From the NCBI RefSeq assembly GCF_006345805.1, contig NC_043018.1, forward strand, positions 21,948,001 through 22,012,000: DNA of 64,000 bases. The letters run 5' to 3'. The notes under the pieces were generated by a model. That model made no database searches and had not been told where the DNA came from. It worked only from the letters and a program-made list of their open reading frames with translations. Positions 12,764 through 26,052 of this stretch are shown one piece after another. The stretch is from Octopus sinensis (lineage: Eukaryota). Both the position numbers and the translations under genes were made by a program. The stretch's first letter is position 1. Each line of letters starts with the position of its first letter.

Positions 12764-13739
12764 TATTTATATATATATGTATTTGCATATATGACAGTCG
12801 TGGTGACTAGACAATAGTAATATTTTACAAGGGATATATGTATATGTGTGTGTGTTATTTATATGTGCTTTTAATATATATATTTGTACAAATACATATA
12901 TATATATATTTATATAAATATTATATATAAATATAAATATATACACGCACATATTTATATATATATATATATACAAATATATATGCATATGTTTGTATAT
13001 ATGTATGTATATATATATATATATACACACATACATATATGTGTGTGTGGGTGTGCTGAGAAGGATGGTGACTAGACACTGACATGTTAACCATGGTGGT
13101 GACTAGACAATAGTAATATATTGAGAGGGACTGGGCTCTATTGTAATATATTGACAATTTTGCAAGGTTGGGTCTCGGCAATGGTATTATATTAACAATA
13201 GTGGTGAATAGACAGTATTGATATATTGACTGATGTGCTGAGTAGATTGTGGTGGTGACTAGTGACCAGACTAGACAGGTAATGTCTTGAGAGACTGTGT
13301 AAGAAAGTATCAAAGTGGGAAATCAGGAGGAGAAAGGAGCCTTATAGGAAGAAGATAAATCAACAAATATTTGTCAATAATAAGATTGTATTATGTGAAG
13401 AGGAGGAGATAGGGGACATAGGTAAGATGGTTAATTATATGAGAAAGATAATTATAGGTGGGATTGAATAATACCTATAGTTGTGGGGGGAAAATTTGAA
13501 TATATTGTAGGACAGAAAATGATATAATCTATGGTGTTAGATTGGAATATATATAAGAAGGTTAGAAATGATATATTAGCTAAAGACGTGTCTGTAATAA
13601 ATGGAAAATATTTCAAGATTGATTTATAATAAATAGCTGCCTTGTGTGTTCATTAGTGGCCACAGAAATTAATGGGTCTAAAGTATTTGTAAGTCTTAGA
13701 AATCTTGTGAATAATAGATAAAGTATATTCAGAATATTT

Positions 13740-14490
13740 GTTTGGAAGAGGTGATGTTGTAAAGAAAACTTCTAGGTTTTTTCTGGTGCAGATGTTGCTT
13801 GATTTGTTATTACTTGAGTATGTGTTTGTCTTTTTCAGCTTTTTACAATTTAATCAAAAGAGTATGGGCTTACTATCTAGTTCCCAAATGTATGGAGCTA
13901 GTGGTGCCTGGTTAGATCTGTTTGAGTTTTCTAAAGGTGTGAGTATGGGTGTAATATCTTTATTTGAAATGGTTTCATGTCAAGCCAATATAAGTCTTTG
14001 AAGTATGAGTTGTTTACACCATGCATTGGTAGACAATAGCCTATGTTAAGCAGTTTGAGTCTATAGGACATGAATCAGGGTTGAAGCAGTTGCATTGTAT
14101 GTTGGTCCTTTGAATTTGGTGTTTGTTAATCTTAGAGATGTTGGACTTTGTGATGCTTTGCACAAAGTTTTGGATAGTGGAGTTAGAAATTTTGACAGCA
14201 TTTTTATTAGAAATTAAAAAGTATATGTGAAGTGTGTGGTAACATTTTTTTTTGAAGGCGTATGAAGAACACTCTTGTTATTCTGTTTGTTACTGCTACA
14301 GTGTAGGGTGGGTTATACAATCTAATGTTTCTATGTCTATTGTAGTTTAGGATTCTGTTTGTGGCATAGTTGTATATCATCTTGTCTTTTAACCATTTCT
14401 ATGTCAGGCAACATAGTATTTTGATTAGTTCATTGACATTTGTTTATTAGCACATAGATTTGAGAATCTGTGAGATGATTTTAATTAAGT
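13740..14490 (-). mobile_element. Decayed Penelope-like element, GIY-YIG endonuclease region
   Basis: Minus translation from ~14100: QCNCFNPDSCPIDSNCLT*AIVYQCMV*TTHTSKTYIGLT*NHFK*RYYTHTHTFR; upstream KNAVKISNST; many stops. Confidence 0.75.
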
Positions 14491-16934
14491 TTAAATTAAG
14501 TTTCTTGTGGTAGTTTTGTGGTGAGAAGGTTGCTTCACAACTGCATGGTTCTGGGTGCAGTAGAATTACTGGAAGTGAGGGCTCCCTAGCTGTTGTCACA
14601 ACATCCTTCTAAGAGAGGGACACCCTGATGTAAAACCTGTAGTTTCATGTGATTACTGGTCACCTTGCTTTGACTGGTCCCTAGGTACCACTCATGGAGA
14701 CTCAGTGAGAGGTTCTTGTGTTGTGCAAGTGCTTACTGCTATAATCAGTGACATACAGACGTCTCTTTATGATGACCATATTCATCAATTGATTCACTGA
14801 AAGCCATAAGGCAATGGAAAAGTAGACCTAACCAGCTGGAAGTGAGATACAACGTTCATTTGTCACTATGCTCTAAACCACATGGATCTGCAATGAGACT
14901 GAATCAGTCATCTGAGAGATCATGGACAGAAAGTCGGAAATGCTATTGATAATGACAAATCATCAGAGACAGCATCCTTAAAGTTGGAGCAAGCACCACA
15001 TGTGTATGTATGTATGTATGTATGTCGGGTTGTCGGCGACTAAACCGGCAACCCTACCAAGCTTGCTTGGTGAGGAGGGTGTTTATTGGACACCCTGCGG
15101 GATGAAAAACAAAATCCATCAAAGGGTGGAGGAACTCTTGAGAGTCAATGGCCATCCAATAAATGTCTTAAGGCTGTATCATGCACGGGGACATAGAAAT
15201 AATCGGACTGAATACCCAATCGCGCAGTTAAACCATTGGGAGTGAAGGATTCCTAGCCTTTGTTAAGGCATCCTTCTAGGAGAAGGTAACTCAGGTAACT
15301 GGGATAACTCCGACATAAAACCTGCGGCTCAGTGGTTACCGATGATGTTGACTTGTTCTTCTTTTCGGATTATGGCAGCTGTTGCTTAGTGAGTGGGATT
15401 GACTCAGTGCACAGCCTTTCCTCACTTAAAAAAATATCTTCTTGCACAGGCATTGCATGATAACAACATTGATTAAGCTTCGCGCAATGGCCATACTCGA
15501 TAACGAGGGGGCAGCCATAATGTATGTATGTATGTATGTATGTATGTAGATAATGATGCAAATGAACAAATAAAATCACTTGGGTGAGATATATAAAGTA
15601 AGAGCTAATGCAGTTTCACACTTCTTGAAAAATGCAGTTAAAAAAAAAATTTTTTGGCATTCCTACATTTTAGATTACGGATATACAAAAAAAATTTTTT
15701 TTAAATTTCACCCCCACCCCATTTAAATTTTAGATTTTGTTTACTTTAAAGAGATTATAGCAAATTGATGAACATATGCAAATCGAAATTAAATATAGGC
15801 AAAAACATTAATGTGAAAAGAATTTGCATTTTACTTGTGTTTGCCTTAAATAATCGTAAATAAGAATTTAATGTAGATTAAATATACATCATTTTATGAG
15901 AAACAAACATTAATGTTTAATAATTAATGTTACAGAGATGTACTTGCATAGCAAGTGATTTGATCTGAGATCGTGTGCTGAAACGAAAACAATTGCAGCG
16001 TGGAAGGTGTTTGTAAGCCATTTAAGAAACACACAAAAGCCGTTCGATTCCCTTCAACATTTAAGTTTAATTTGTCAAAATATTTTCATCGCTTTAAGAC
16101 CGCGACCTGTTCACTGACAAAAATCCGCGCAAGTTTAATAAGGGGCTCAAATTTCACCCTTTCACCCAATTTTAAGTTTTTAACCTTTTCATCCATTTAT
16201 TTATTTATCTGTCTATCTATCTATCCTTATCTGTTTATTCATAAAATATATTTGTCAACTAAATGTGGCAGTCCTATAGAAGATGGTATTACTGTTGTTT
16301 TTAGCCCGAGGTAGACATTCATATCTATCTATCTCTTTATACACTTATCTATATGCTTACTGAATTTAAAATTCTCAAAACGTGGTTTCTTGCATATCCA
16401 GAATCTTTTTGCATATTCGTAATCTCCGACATCTAAAATGCAGGAATCCGAAAAAATAAAAAAATAAAAATGCATTTTTCAAGGAGAGTTGCAAAACTGC
16501 ATTCACCCCATAAAGTATATGTACATATATACATGTGAATAGAAAGAGACCAAAACTGGAGATATTCCGATGATGAACATTCATGTATAGATATATTTAT
16601 TTATTTGATTTTATCTAGTTTCAGCTCATGAGCTGTGGCCATGCTGGGGCACCGCCATATATAGATATTTATATATTAATAGAATAGATTTACAGAGTAC
16701 AAAAACACAGAAGCTCAAAGGGTTGAAGGCATGGTGATTCAGACCCGACAGCTGTTTCTGGAGGCTGAGAAATACATAATGATGTTGGCAGATGCAGTTC
16801 ACAAAAAGTCCAGAATATGGAACCAGTGTAGGATACATATTAACATTAGGTAAATCTGGCCTCTTTCTTCAGGTGATTACCCCACTGCCAGTCTTTGTTA
16901 GTGGGTGTCATTCTTTTTAAGGAAGGTTTTTTTT

Positions 16935-17119
16935 TTACCAACCACATGGTTCCGGGTTCAGTCCCACTGTGTGGCACTTTGGCCAAGTGTCTTCTACTAT
17001 AGCCTCGGGCCGACCAAAGCCTTATGAGTGGATTTGGTAGATGGAAACTGAAAGAATCCCATCGTATATATGTATATGTATATACATATATATATACATA
17101 TACATATATATATATATAC

Positions 17120-17153
<34 letters not shown>

Positions 17154-17360
17154 ATGTTTGTGTATCTGTGTTTGTCCCCTCAACATCGCTTGCCAACCGA
17201 TGCTGGTATGTTTACATTCCCGTAACTTAGCGGTTTGGCAAAAAGAGACCGATAGAATAAGTGCTAGGCTTACAAAGAATAAGTCCTGGGGGTCGATTTG
17301 CTTGACTAAAGGTGATGCTCCAGCATGGCCGCACTTAAATGACTGAAACAAGTAAAAGAG
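16935..17360 (+). mobile_element. CORE-like tRNA SINE, 5'-truncated
   Basis: Family match from the B box to the AAGTAAAAGAG tail. Confidence 0.85.
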
Positions 17361-18052
17361 TAAGCTAGACTTTTCGCTAAACACACTTATCATGTTTACT
17401 CGTTTATGTCATGAGAAATTTAATACAAAACATCTGGGTCAAAATTGCAGGGAGAACATTATACTGGAGTGTAAACAACAGATAAGATAATAACATATAG
17501 ATTATTGGGTTTATTTTTAAGCACAAGAACTGGGCTCCTATTGTTATGGCAATAGAATTGCATTTGTGCAAATATAATATATATATATATTATCTACATT
17601 GAGTTCAGTAGATGTCATCATCATCATCATCACCACCACCACCACCACTATTATCATCATCAGCATCATTTTCATCATCATCATCATCATTGTCGTTGTC
17701 GTCATCATCATCATCATTTAGCTGCCATAGGTCACACGATTTGACAGGAGCTGGCAAGCCAGAGCTCCAGTATCTGATTTTGTAAGATATGATTAAACTG
17801 GATACTCTTCCTATCACCAACCACCAACCACTTTACAGAGTTCTGGGTGTTTTTTTTTTTTGTGGCACCAACATCAATGAGGTGACTAAGTAACTTGCAA
17901 GACAAGGCAAGGGAGGTAGATTTATGCTAGGTCATTATCATTTAGCATCTGCATTCCATGTTGTCTATTTGACAGGAACTGGTGAACCAGAGGACTGTGT
18001 CAAGATCTGATGTCTGATTTGGTATAATACAATTAAGCTGGATGCTCTTCCT

Positions 18053-18402
18053 ATCACCAACTGCCAACCACCAACCACCAACGGCCAACCATCAACCACC
18101 AACCACCAACCATCAACCACTGACTGCCAACCATCAACTGCCAACTGTCATCCACCAACCATCAACTGCCAGTTGTCAACCATCAACCATCAATCACCAA
18201 CCATCAACCACCAACCACCAATCGTCAGCCATCAACCACCAACTGCCAACCATCAATCACCAACCACCAACCGCCAACCATCAACCACTAACTGCCAATC
18301 GTCAGCTATCAACCACTAGCTGCCAAACATCAACCGCCAACCATGAACCACCAACCGCCAACCGTCAGCCACCAACCATCAACCACCAATTGACAACAAC
18401 CA
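18053..18402. repeat. Degenerate 7-nt minisatellite (CAACCAY/CAACYGC)n inside an old SINE
   Basis: About 50 units; source of the spurious ORF 18042..18422. Confidence 0.85.
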
Positions 18403-18769
18403 AGCAATTAACAGAATTTTGAGTGCTTTATTTGTGGAACCAACCCCAACGAGGTGACTAAGACAAGATATGTCAGGGAGGAAGATTTATGCCAGGTAAC
18501 AAGAGGCGAAAGTATCATCAAGAGAGAGGTGCAGGTGTCTTACTGTAAAGGAAATACTTGGTTACTCCTCTTATAAAAGAGAGAAAAGATGGTGGTGAAG
18601 GACAAACCTTCAAGTTAAAAGAAGGTAATAATCAGTTATTTATGGAACAGAGCAGAAAAGAAGTCACCAATTTCTTGTTCTACAAATCTGAGATGGTAAG
18701 ATGGTAACAGTAAAGTTATAACACCTTCAGAACAACTGAAATTATAATTTTTAAATACACATAGCTGTA

Positions 18770-19612
18770 CTTTTCCCATCGATGACAACAGTTGCTCTGC
18801 GAAAACTATCAGTCTCGTTAATTCCGGACATTCCACAAATGCATGCAAGACGGTTTCCCTGTCCTGCCTGCACCTCGAACATGTCAGCGAGACGGCACTT
18901 CCGTGCCTTGACAGTTTATCACGAACAGGTAACGCCTCACGGAAACACTGCCAGGCAGCGATTTCTGGTAATTGTCCAGATACCCCAGCCTGAAAGTTCT
19001 CTGGAACAGGTTGATCAACTGATTTTCATCATAGCCCACGATCTCCCCCGAGGCGTCTTTGGACTTAACCTCCGCTAACCCACTATAGAAATCCGTGGTG
19101 GAACTCCTATTGCCAGCATTGCCCGCCCGGGAGAGTAGCTGAAGTGCCTGGCGGCACTCCAGTTCCCTGTCCCCCAGCCTAGGTCTCTGCTTGATCCAAT
19201 TACCAATGTCTGTTAAGGACATTAATTGTGGAAGGTAGAACTGGACGTGCGGTGACCACACCTGCTCTCCATCCAGGTAAAGCCAGAAATGCCTTAACCT
19301 TAATACGAATTTTCGCATCCTCAGCCAAGGCATCCCTAGCCCACCCTTTAGCGGTTTCTGGCAGCAGACAGAGCACTTCACGAGTGGCTTTCCTCCCTTC
19401 CACAAAAAGCAGAAAAGGATTCTCTCCAACTTGTTCAGCCACAAATCAGGGCAAGGCACCACGGTCAGACGGTAGGTGGTAACCAATGCTATAAACATCT
19501 GCACCACCTCCGCCTTTCCTATCGAGGATAACGCCCGTCCAGACCAGGTCTGGGTTAGAGCAGACACCTTGCTGGCCACCTCACTCCAATTTTTCTCTAT
19601 CTGGAGGCAGCT
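18770..19612 (-). mobile_element. L1/Tx1-clade LINE ORF2 fragment (post-RT region and C-terminal zinc knuckle), frameshifted
   Basis: NWSEVASKV...[15 protein letters not shown]...[10 protein letters not shown]...PLKGGLGMP; then HAFVECP in another frame. Confidence 0.85.
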
Positions 19613-19635
19613 TAACACAGACATACAAAATACAA

Positions 19636-19666
<31 letters not shown>

Positions 19667-19690
19667 CACACACATATACATATATATGTG

Positions 19691-19721
<31 letters not shown>

Positions 19722-19737
19722 ATATATATATATATAT

Positions 19738-19769
<32 letters not shown>

Positions 19770-19789
19770 CACATACACATATACATATA

Positions 19790-19850
<61 letters not shown>

Positions 19851-21293
19851 GACAGGCTTCTTTCAGTTTCCATCTACCAAATCCACTCACAAGGCTTTAG
19901 TAGAAGAGCTATAGTAGAAGACACTTACCAAGGTGTTACGCAGTAGAACTGAACCTGGTTCTATGTGGCTGGGAAGCAAGCTTCTTACCATACAGCCACG
20001 CCTGCGTCTATGTATGTATGTGTACATTCATATGCACATACACACATACGTACACAATTCCGAAGATACTAAATCAGGAATTCATTAAATGTATACATAC
20101 ATTCGGTAAAGTGCATCTACAAAGACTCACACAAAAAATACACACGCACACAAATACTATTGTGGATCCTCAATTGACTATTTTGTTGCGTGGACCCCAC
20201 AAAATCTTATACGAACCCTTAGGGGTCATATAAACCTCCGGTTGAGAATAACTAGCATAAAGGTTCCCCTTGTTGACTAAGGTTCATGGGAGATAAATCC
20301 TGCTCTGAGTAATGATAAATAAAAGAGGCGTTTTAGATTTACCTCCCTTATAAACCACTATCGGATACAAGGGAGGTAATCCCATACTAAAGACATATTA
20401 TGAGAAAATTTAACGCTGGAATTGGTGAGAGGAGAGTAGGCGAATGAATACGGTATCAGAATATTATTATTATTTTTTTTTACTTGTGTCAGTCATTAGA
20501 CTGTAACCATGCTGGGGTACCGCCTTGAGGAATTTTTAGTCGACTGAATCGAGCTGTGTGTTAGTTTAAACTTGATATTTGTTGTCGTTGCTTAGCTCCA
20601 GGTCAAGATTCTTGTGGTGACTACCTTGGCTTTTCAGACATAGTTTATCTTGGACTACACTATCTAAAGTGTTTAAAAAAACAACCCCCCCCCCACAAAA
20701 AATAATCACACAGAAGGTCTATTATTGGGTTGATATCATGGAATGGGTAGATATTATCACATTAGATGTTGAGAAGATAGCCAAAGTAGTCTAGCATCCG
20801 TGCCAGGGGCGCTGGTTCATCTCATACACTCTTTCAGCCACATATCTTTATGCCAGTTCTGCTTTTAAAATAAGAGTTTATTTTTCCTTCTATTCATAAT
20901 TAAAAAGATGAGAGCATCCATTGTTAGTTGCTTGGTCACACTAAAACAGTCACATTACCTTATAAGGAAATATTCAATATCCTTCCCCTTTTCCTCATTA
21001 TCAGCGTCATTTTAAATCCACTTTCTATGCTGGCATGGTTTGGATGGATTGTTGTGGAGTGAGTCAGTTGCTTGAATTACTTCCCTCCTTTAAGCATGGC
21101 CAGACAACACTGCCTCTTTCACCCATTTTCATTTGGATATCATTCCTATGTCTGGATGTACTTCCTACCACCGTCCTTTTTTACTGAGTACGTTTTTCAT
21201 GGTGCCAGCATCAATGAAATTGGTATGCCTTTTAAATCCTGTATTTTCTTATTTGCCAACACACACACACACACAAACACACGTATATATATC

Positions 21294-21548
21294 ATCATCA
21301 TCATCGTTTAACGTCCGTTCTCCATGCTAGCATGGGTTGGACGGTTCTACCAGGGATCTGGGAAGCCAGACGGCTGCACCAGGCTCCAGTCTGATCTGGC
21401 AGTTTTTCTACAGCTGGATGCCTTTCCTAATGCCAACCACTCCGTGAGTGTAGTGGGTGCTTTTTACGTGCCAGGCGAGGCTAGCATCGGCCACGATTTG
21501 GATGGTGCTTTTTACGTGCCACCGGCATGGAAGCCAGTCAAGGCGTCG
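21294..21548 (-). mobile_element. Ceph-domain-type SINE 3' part
   Basis: Family match; another copy at 22632-22822. Confidence 0.75.
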
Positions 21549-22879
21549 CTGAATAATAATAAAAGGTAAAATTAATTAATCAATTTATAATTAATAATCT
21601 TACCAAGTAGTTCGGTATGTTAAAAGAACCATTATCAGTAAACTTATACAAACATTATAATTATAAACATAATTATAATTAGGGCTTAGCAAAATTGCTT
21701 CACCACATACTGAAATTTAGAAATAGCAGTTAAATACTATTCAACTACCATAAGGTATCTCCCAGACAGCAATACTCTCAACTCACACAGGCAAAGAGAA
21801 AAAATAACGAATCCACCCAGCTTTCATTAACTATATATGCGTTTCTGGATTAAAGATATGTAAAATAACTCATACCTTATTGGCGCTTGGTCGAATACAT
21901 ATCTTGATTGCTAGTGCTTGGTCGAATAAATATCTTGATTGCTAGTGCTCTCAAATTTATAATTGAAATACTCTACTCATGACAGAAATATATATATATA
22001 TACACTTATATATATTGCATTTTACATCTCTCTATCTATCTGCCTACCTTTTGCCTGTCAATATATATATAGGTTTAGGCATGGATGTGTGGTTAAGAAG
22101 TTCTTTTCCTAATCTCATGGTTTTGGGTTCAATCTCACTTCCTCTTATGCCCTTGAGCACATTGCACTGCAAGTTGGCACCACTGACCTCTGTTGGCTGC
22201 AGTTTTCTCTACATCAGCCCATGCAATATTAGTCTTTCTCATGTCAGTCATAAACGTTCTGTGCCATGCAGTTTTTGGCCTACTTCTCTTTCTTTTTCCT
22301 TCCTATGATGTCCGGTCCTGATTTCTTTAAACGATCTTGTGTTGGCTCTCATTTGAACACCATCATTGGTTACATGGTCATACCCACTAGCGTAGCTGGT
22401 GGTGGTGGTGGGGAACTTTTAAAGGGATGGCACTTTTCGGTGTGCTGTAGGCAATATGTGTCTTTTATGGGGCCCAGGGGTGGCAAACGGAAGGGCTGCC
22501 CCAGGTGGAACACACACTAATTACACTAGTGTTTTGGCCAATATATTCTCAGAATCCTTCTGAAGCATCTTTGATGGAAAACTTCAAGCTTTTTATCTAT
22601 TTTCATGGTGCTTTTCAATGTCTCAGTCGCACATCATCATCATCGTTTAACGTCCGTTCTCCATGCTAGCATGGGTTGGACGGTTCGACCGGGGATCTGG
22701 GAAGCCAGAAGGCTGCACCAGGCTCCAGTCTTATCTGGCAATGTTTCTACAGCTGGATGCCCTTCCTAATGCCAACCACTCCATGAGTGTAGTGGGTGCT
22801 TTTTACGTGCCACCTGCACAGGTGACATATATGTATGTAAATATAGTAAATGAATGAAGGCATGAAAATGATGGTATTA

Positions 22880-23104
22880 AGAAAATTTAACCGTTATGTA
22901 AACCTCCTCGAGGAATGTGAAGATGCAGGCTTGAAAGCGGAACATTTTCCAATCGAAGTCGGATGGAGATGACTGTTGTTATCGCTAGGCCTAACTCATC
23001 GTAAATTCAATACCACCATGACCGATATCCAATCTACAGTGGAGAAGGCTAGCCACTGGATTTGGTTAAAAAGAGACGATGAGCAATGGCTAGAAGGATA
23101 TTGA
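22880..23104 (+). mobile_element. 3' fragment of a restriction-like-endonuclease LINE (Hero-like)
   Basis: KFNRYVNLLEECEDAGLKAEHFPIEVGWR... then VEKASHWIWLKRDDEQW. Confidence 0.6.
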
Positions 23105-23166
23105 GCTTTATTTGATAACCAGCTGATCTAGCAAGCGGGGCCTCATATCAGTGAGTGGGGCTGGTG

Positions 23167-23645
23167 CTTCACTCCACGATAGCCATCTTCACTCCACAGT
23201 AGCCATCTTCACTCCACAATAGCCATCTTCACTCCACAGTAGCCATCTCACTCCACAATAGCCATCTCACTCCACAGTAGCCATCTTCACTCCACGATAG
23301 CCATCTTCACTCCACGATAGCCATCTTCACTCCACAGTAGCCATCTTCACTCCACGATAGCCATCTTCACTCCACGATAACCATCTTCACTCCACGATAG
23401 CCATCTTCACTCCACGATAGCCATCTTCACTCCACAATAGTCATCTTCACTCCACAATAGCCACCTTCACTCCACGATAGCCACCTTCACTCCACGATAG
23501 CCATCTTCACTCCACAATAGCCATCTTCACTCCACGATAGTCATCTTCACTCCACAATAGCCACCTTCACTCCACGATAGCCACCTTCACTCCACGATAG
23601 CCATCTTCACTCCACAATAGCCATCTTCACTCCACTATAGTCATC
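23167..23645. repeat. Minisatellite, 20-nt unit CTTCACTCCACRRTAGCCAT, about 24 copies
   Basis: Directly visible contiguous array with point variants and no spacers. Confidence 0.95.
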
Positions 23646-24269
23646 AGTCTCTTTTGCCAAACCATTAAGTTAACAAGCCATGCAATATGCTGGATAATAG
23701 AAACCATAAGGATGGCAATGAAAACTCATGTTTATTTATTTAAACTATAAACCTGAGATAATTAACCAATTAACCATTTAGCTTCCCAATTACTCAGTCA
23801 AATGTAATGCTTCATATTCCGCATTGTTTTTAATTAATCATGCATTATTTCATAGCTTTGGCATTTCAATGAGGTATTTGTTTATTTTTGGAAATGACAT
23901 AGCAAGGTATGAGTGAGGGGCTAAATCTGGCAGGTTTCAACATGAAACAGGTAGAATATTTGGGCTGGACACAGTTGGTTTAACCCTTTAGTATTTAGAT
24001 TATTATTTTCTTGCGGAGGACACCCCTCGGGAAGCGAAGTGGACTGTTCCACCACAAATAAATAGTGGACAGACACAATGAGTGGAGTCAGATGGTGAGG
24101 TGTGCTATTCGGTCCAATACGCAGACAGTGAGGTTTGCCGTTATAATACAGGACATAATAGTGTCGAACAAGACCCAGCAAGCACTCTGGCAAATGTTCT
24201 GCTTATTCATTCACATTGTTTTGAATTAATCATGCATCATCTCATAGCTTTGAAATTTTGTTCATGTAT

Positions 24270-24950
24270 TCTCTTTTACTCTTTTACTTGTTTCAGTCAT
24301 TGGACTGCAGCCATGCTGGAGCACCGCCTTTAGTCGAAGAAATCGACCCCCAGGACTTATTCTTTGTAAGCCTAGTACTTTATTCTATCAGTCTCTTTTG
24401 CCGAACTGCTAAGTTACGGGGACGTAAATACACCATCATCAGTTGTCAAACGATGTTGGGGGGACAAACACAGACACACAAACATATACATACACATACA
24501 TATATATACACACACATATATATATATATATATACATATATATGACGGGCTTCTTTCAGTTTCCGCCTACCAAATCCACTGACAAGGCTTTGGTCAGCCC
24601 GAGGCTATAGTTGAAGACACTTGCCCAAGGTGCCACGCAGTGGGACTGAACCAAGAACCATGTGGTTGCTAAGCAAGCTACTTACCACACAGCCACTCCT
24701 ATATAAATACATACATATATGTGTGTGTGTATATGTATTATATTCTTTTACTTGTTTCAGTCATTTGACTGTGGCCATGCTGGAGCACCGCCTTTAATCG
24801 AGCAACTCGACCCCGGGATTTATTCTTTTTTTGTAAGCCCAGTACTTATTCTATCAGTCTCTTTTGCCGAACTGCTAAGTAACAGGGACATAAGCACACC
24901 AGCATCGGTTGTCAAGCAATGCTAGGGGGACAAACACAGACACACACACG

Positions 24951-24998
<48 letters not shown>

Positions 24999-25158
24999 TA
25001 CGATGGGCTTCTTTCAGTTTCTGTCTACCAAATCCACTTACAAGGCTTTGGTCAGCCCGAGGCTATAGTAGAAGACACTTGCCCAAGGTGCCACGCAGTG
25101 GGACTGAGTCCGGAGCCATGTGGTTGGTAAGCAAGCTACTTACCACACAGCCACTCCT
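24270..25158 (-). mobile_element. Two tandem CORE-like tRNA SINEs of different subfamilies (24270-24700, 24744-25158)
   Basis: Full head-to-tail copies; an identical 41-nt flank follows each head on the plus strand. Confidence 0.85.
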
Positions 25159-25215
25159 ATATAAATACATACATATATGTGTGTGTGTATATGTATTATG
25201 CATATATATATATAT

Positions 25216-25585
25216 GCCCAGTGGTTAGGGCAGCGGACTTGCGGTAATAGGATCGCGGTTTCGATTCCCAGACCGGGCGTTATGAGTGTTTATTGAGCGA
25301 AAACACCTAAAGCTCCACGAGGCTCCGGCAGGGGATGGTGGTGATCCCTGCTGTACTCTTTCGCCACAACTTTCTCTCACTCTTACTTCCTGTTTCTGTT
25401 GTACCTGTATTTCAAAGGGCCGGCCTTGTCACTCTCTGTGTCACGCTGAATATCCCCGAGAACTACGTTAAGGGTACACGTGTCTGTGGAGTGCTCAGCC
25501 ACTTACACGTTAATTTCACGAGCAGGCTGTTCTGTTCATTCGGATCAACCGGAAGCCTCGTCGTCGTAACCGACGGAGTGCTTCC
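25216..25585 (+). mobile_element. Young tRNA-derived SINE, ~385-nt family
   Basis: GCCCAGTGGTTAGGGCAGCGG...GGTTTCGATTCCC...ACCGACGGAGTGCTT; near-identical to 61113-61498. Confidence 0.85.
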
Positions 25586-26052
25586 GTCCGTTATATATAT
25601 ATATATACACACACACACATGAAAATGCCAGCAATATAAATAGCTATATATTAATAGAAATGGCAAGCAACACTGCAATGAAGAACTGCATCAACCAGGC
25701 ACTGGAATCGGTTTAATATCTCTTCATGGCTTAACATAAAAGAAAAATCAATTAGAAACTGTGGATAAAAATATCCAGCAACATCAGGAGAAAACAAACT
25801 TCAAAGACCATCGGTAAAGTTTGCACTAATTAACATAATTATGTTAATTAGTGTACACCAAGGGAATTTGATTAATTAAAATTACATCTTGAGTAACGAG
25901 AACAGTCTCATGAATGACTGTGTGGTGAAGAAGTTTAGTTCTCAAGCTTTTCAATAAAGGTTCGGCCTTACTTTGTGGTACCTAAGTCAGTTGGGGTTTT
26001 TGTGGGGGCAGTTCATGGTGGCTGGAAATAGAGAAATGTTTTGTGTGTGTAT

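Noticed and set aside
16106-16125. Second IRE-like hairpin (TTTGT-CAGTGA-ACAGG on minus)
   Set aside because: Lacks the bulged C, has two G-U pairs, lies in a dispersed repeat and not in a recognisable UTR.
18884-19873. Longest ORF (329 aa) as a host gene
   Set aside because: Chimeric: SINE-derived start, (TA)n-encoded YI run, then a frameshifted L1/Tx1 fragment.
23167-23645. CRISPR-like regular repeat array
   Set aside because: Units are contiguous with no unique spacers, there are no cas genes, and the context is eukaryotic; it is a minisatellite.
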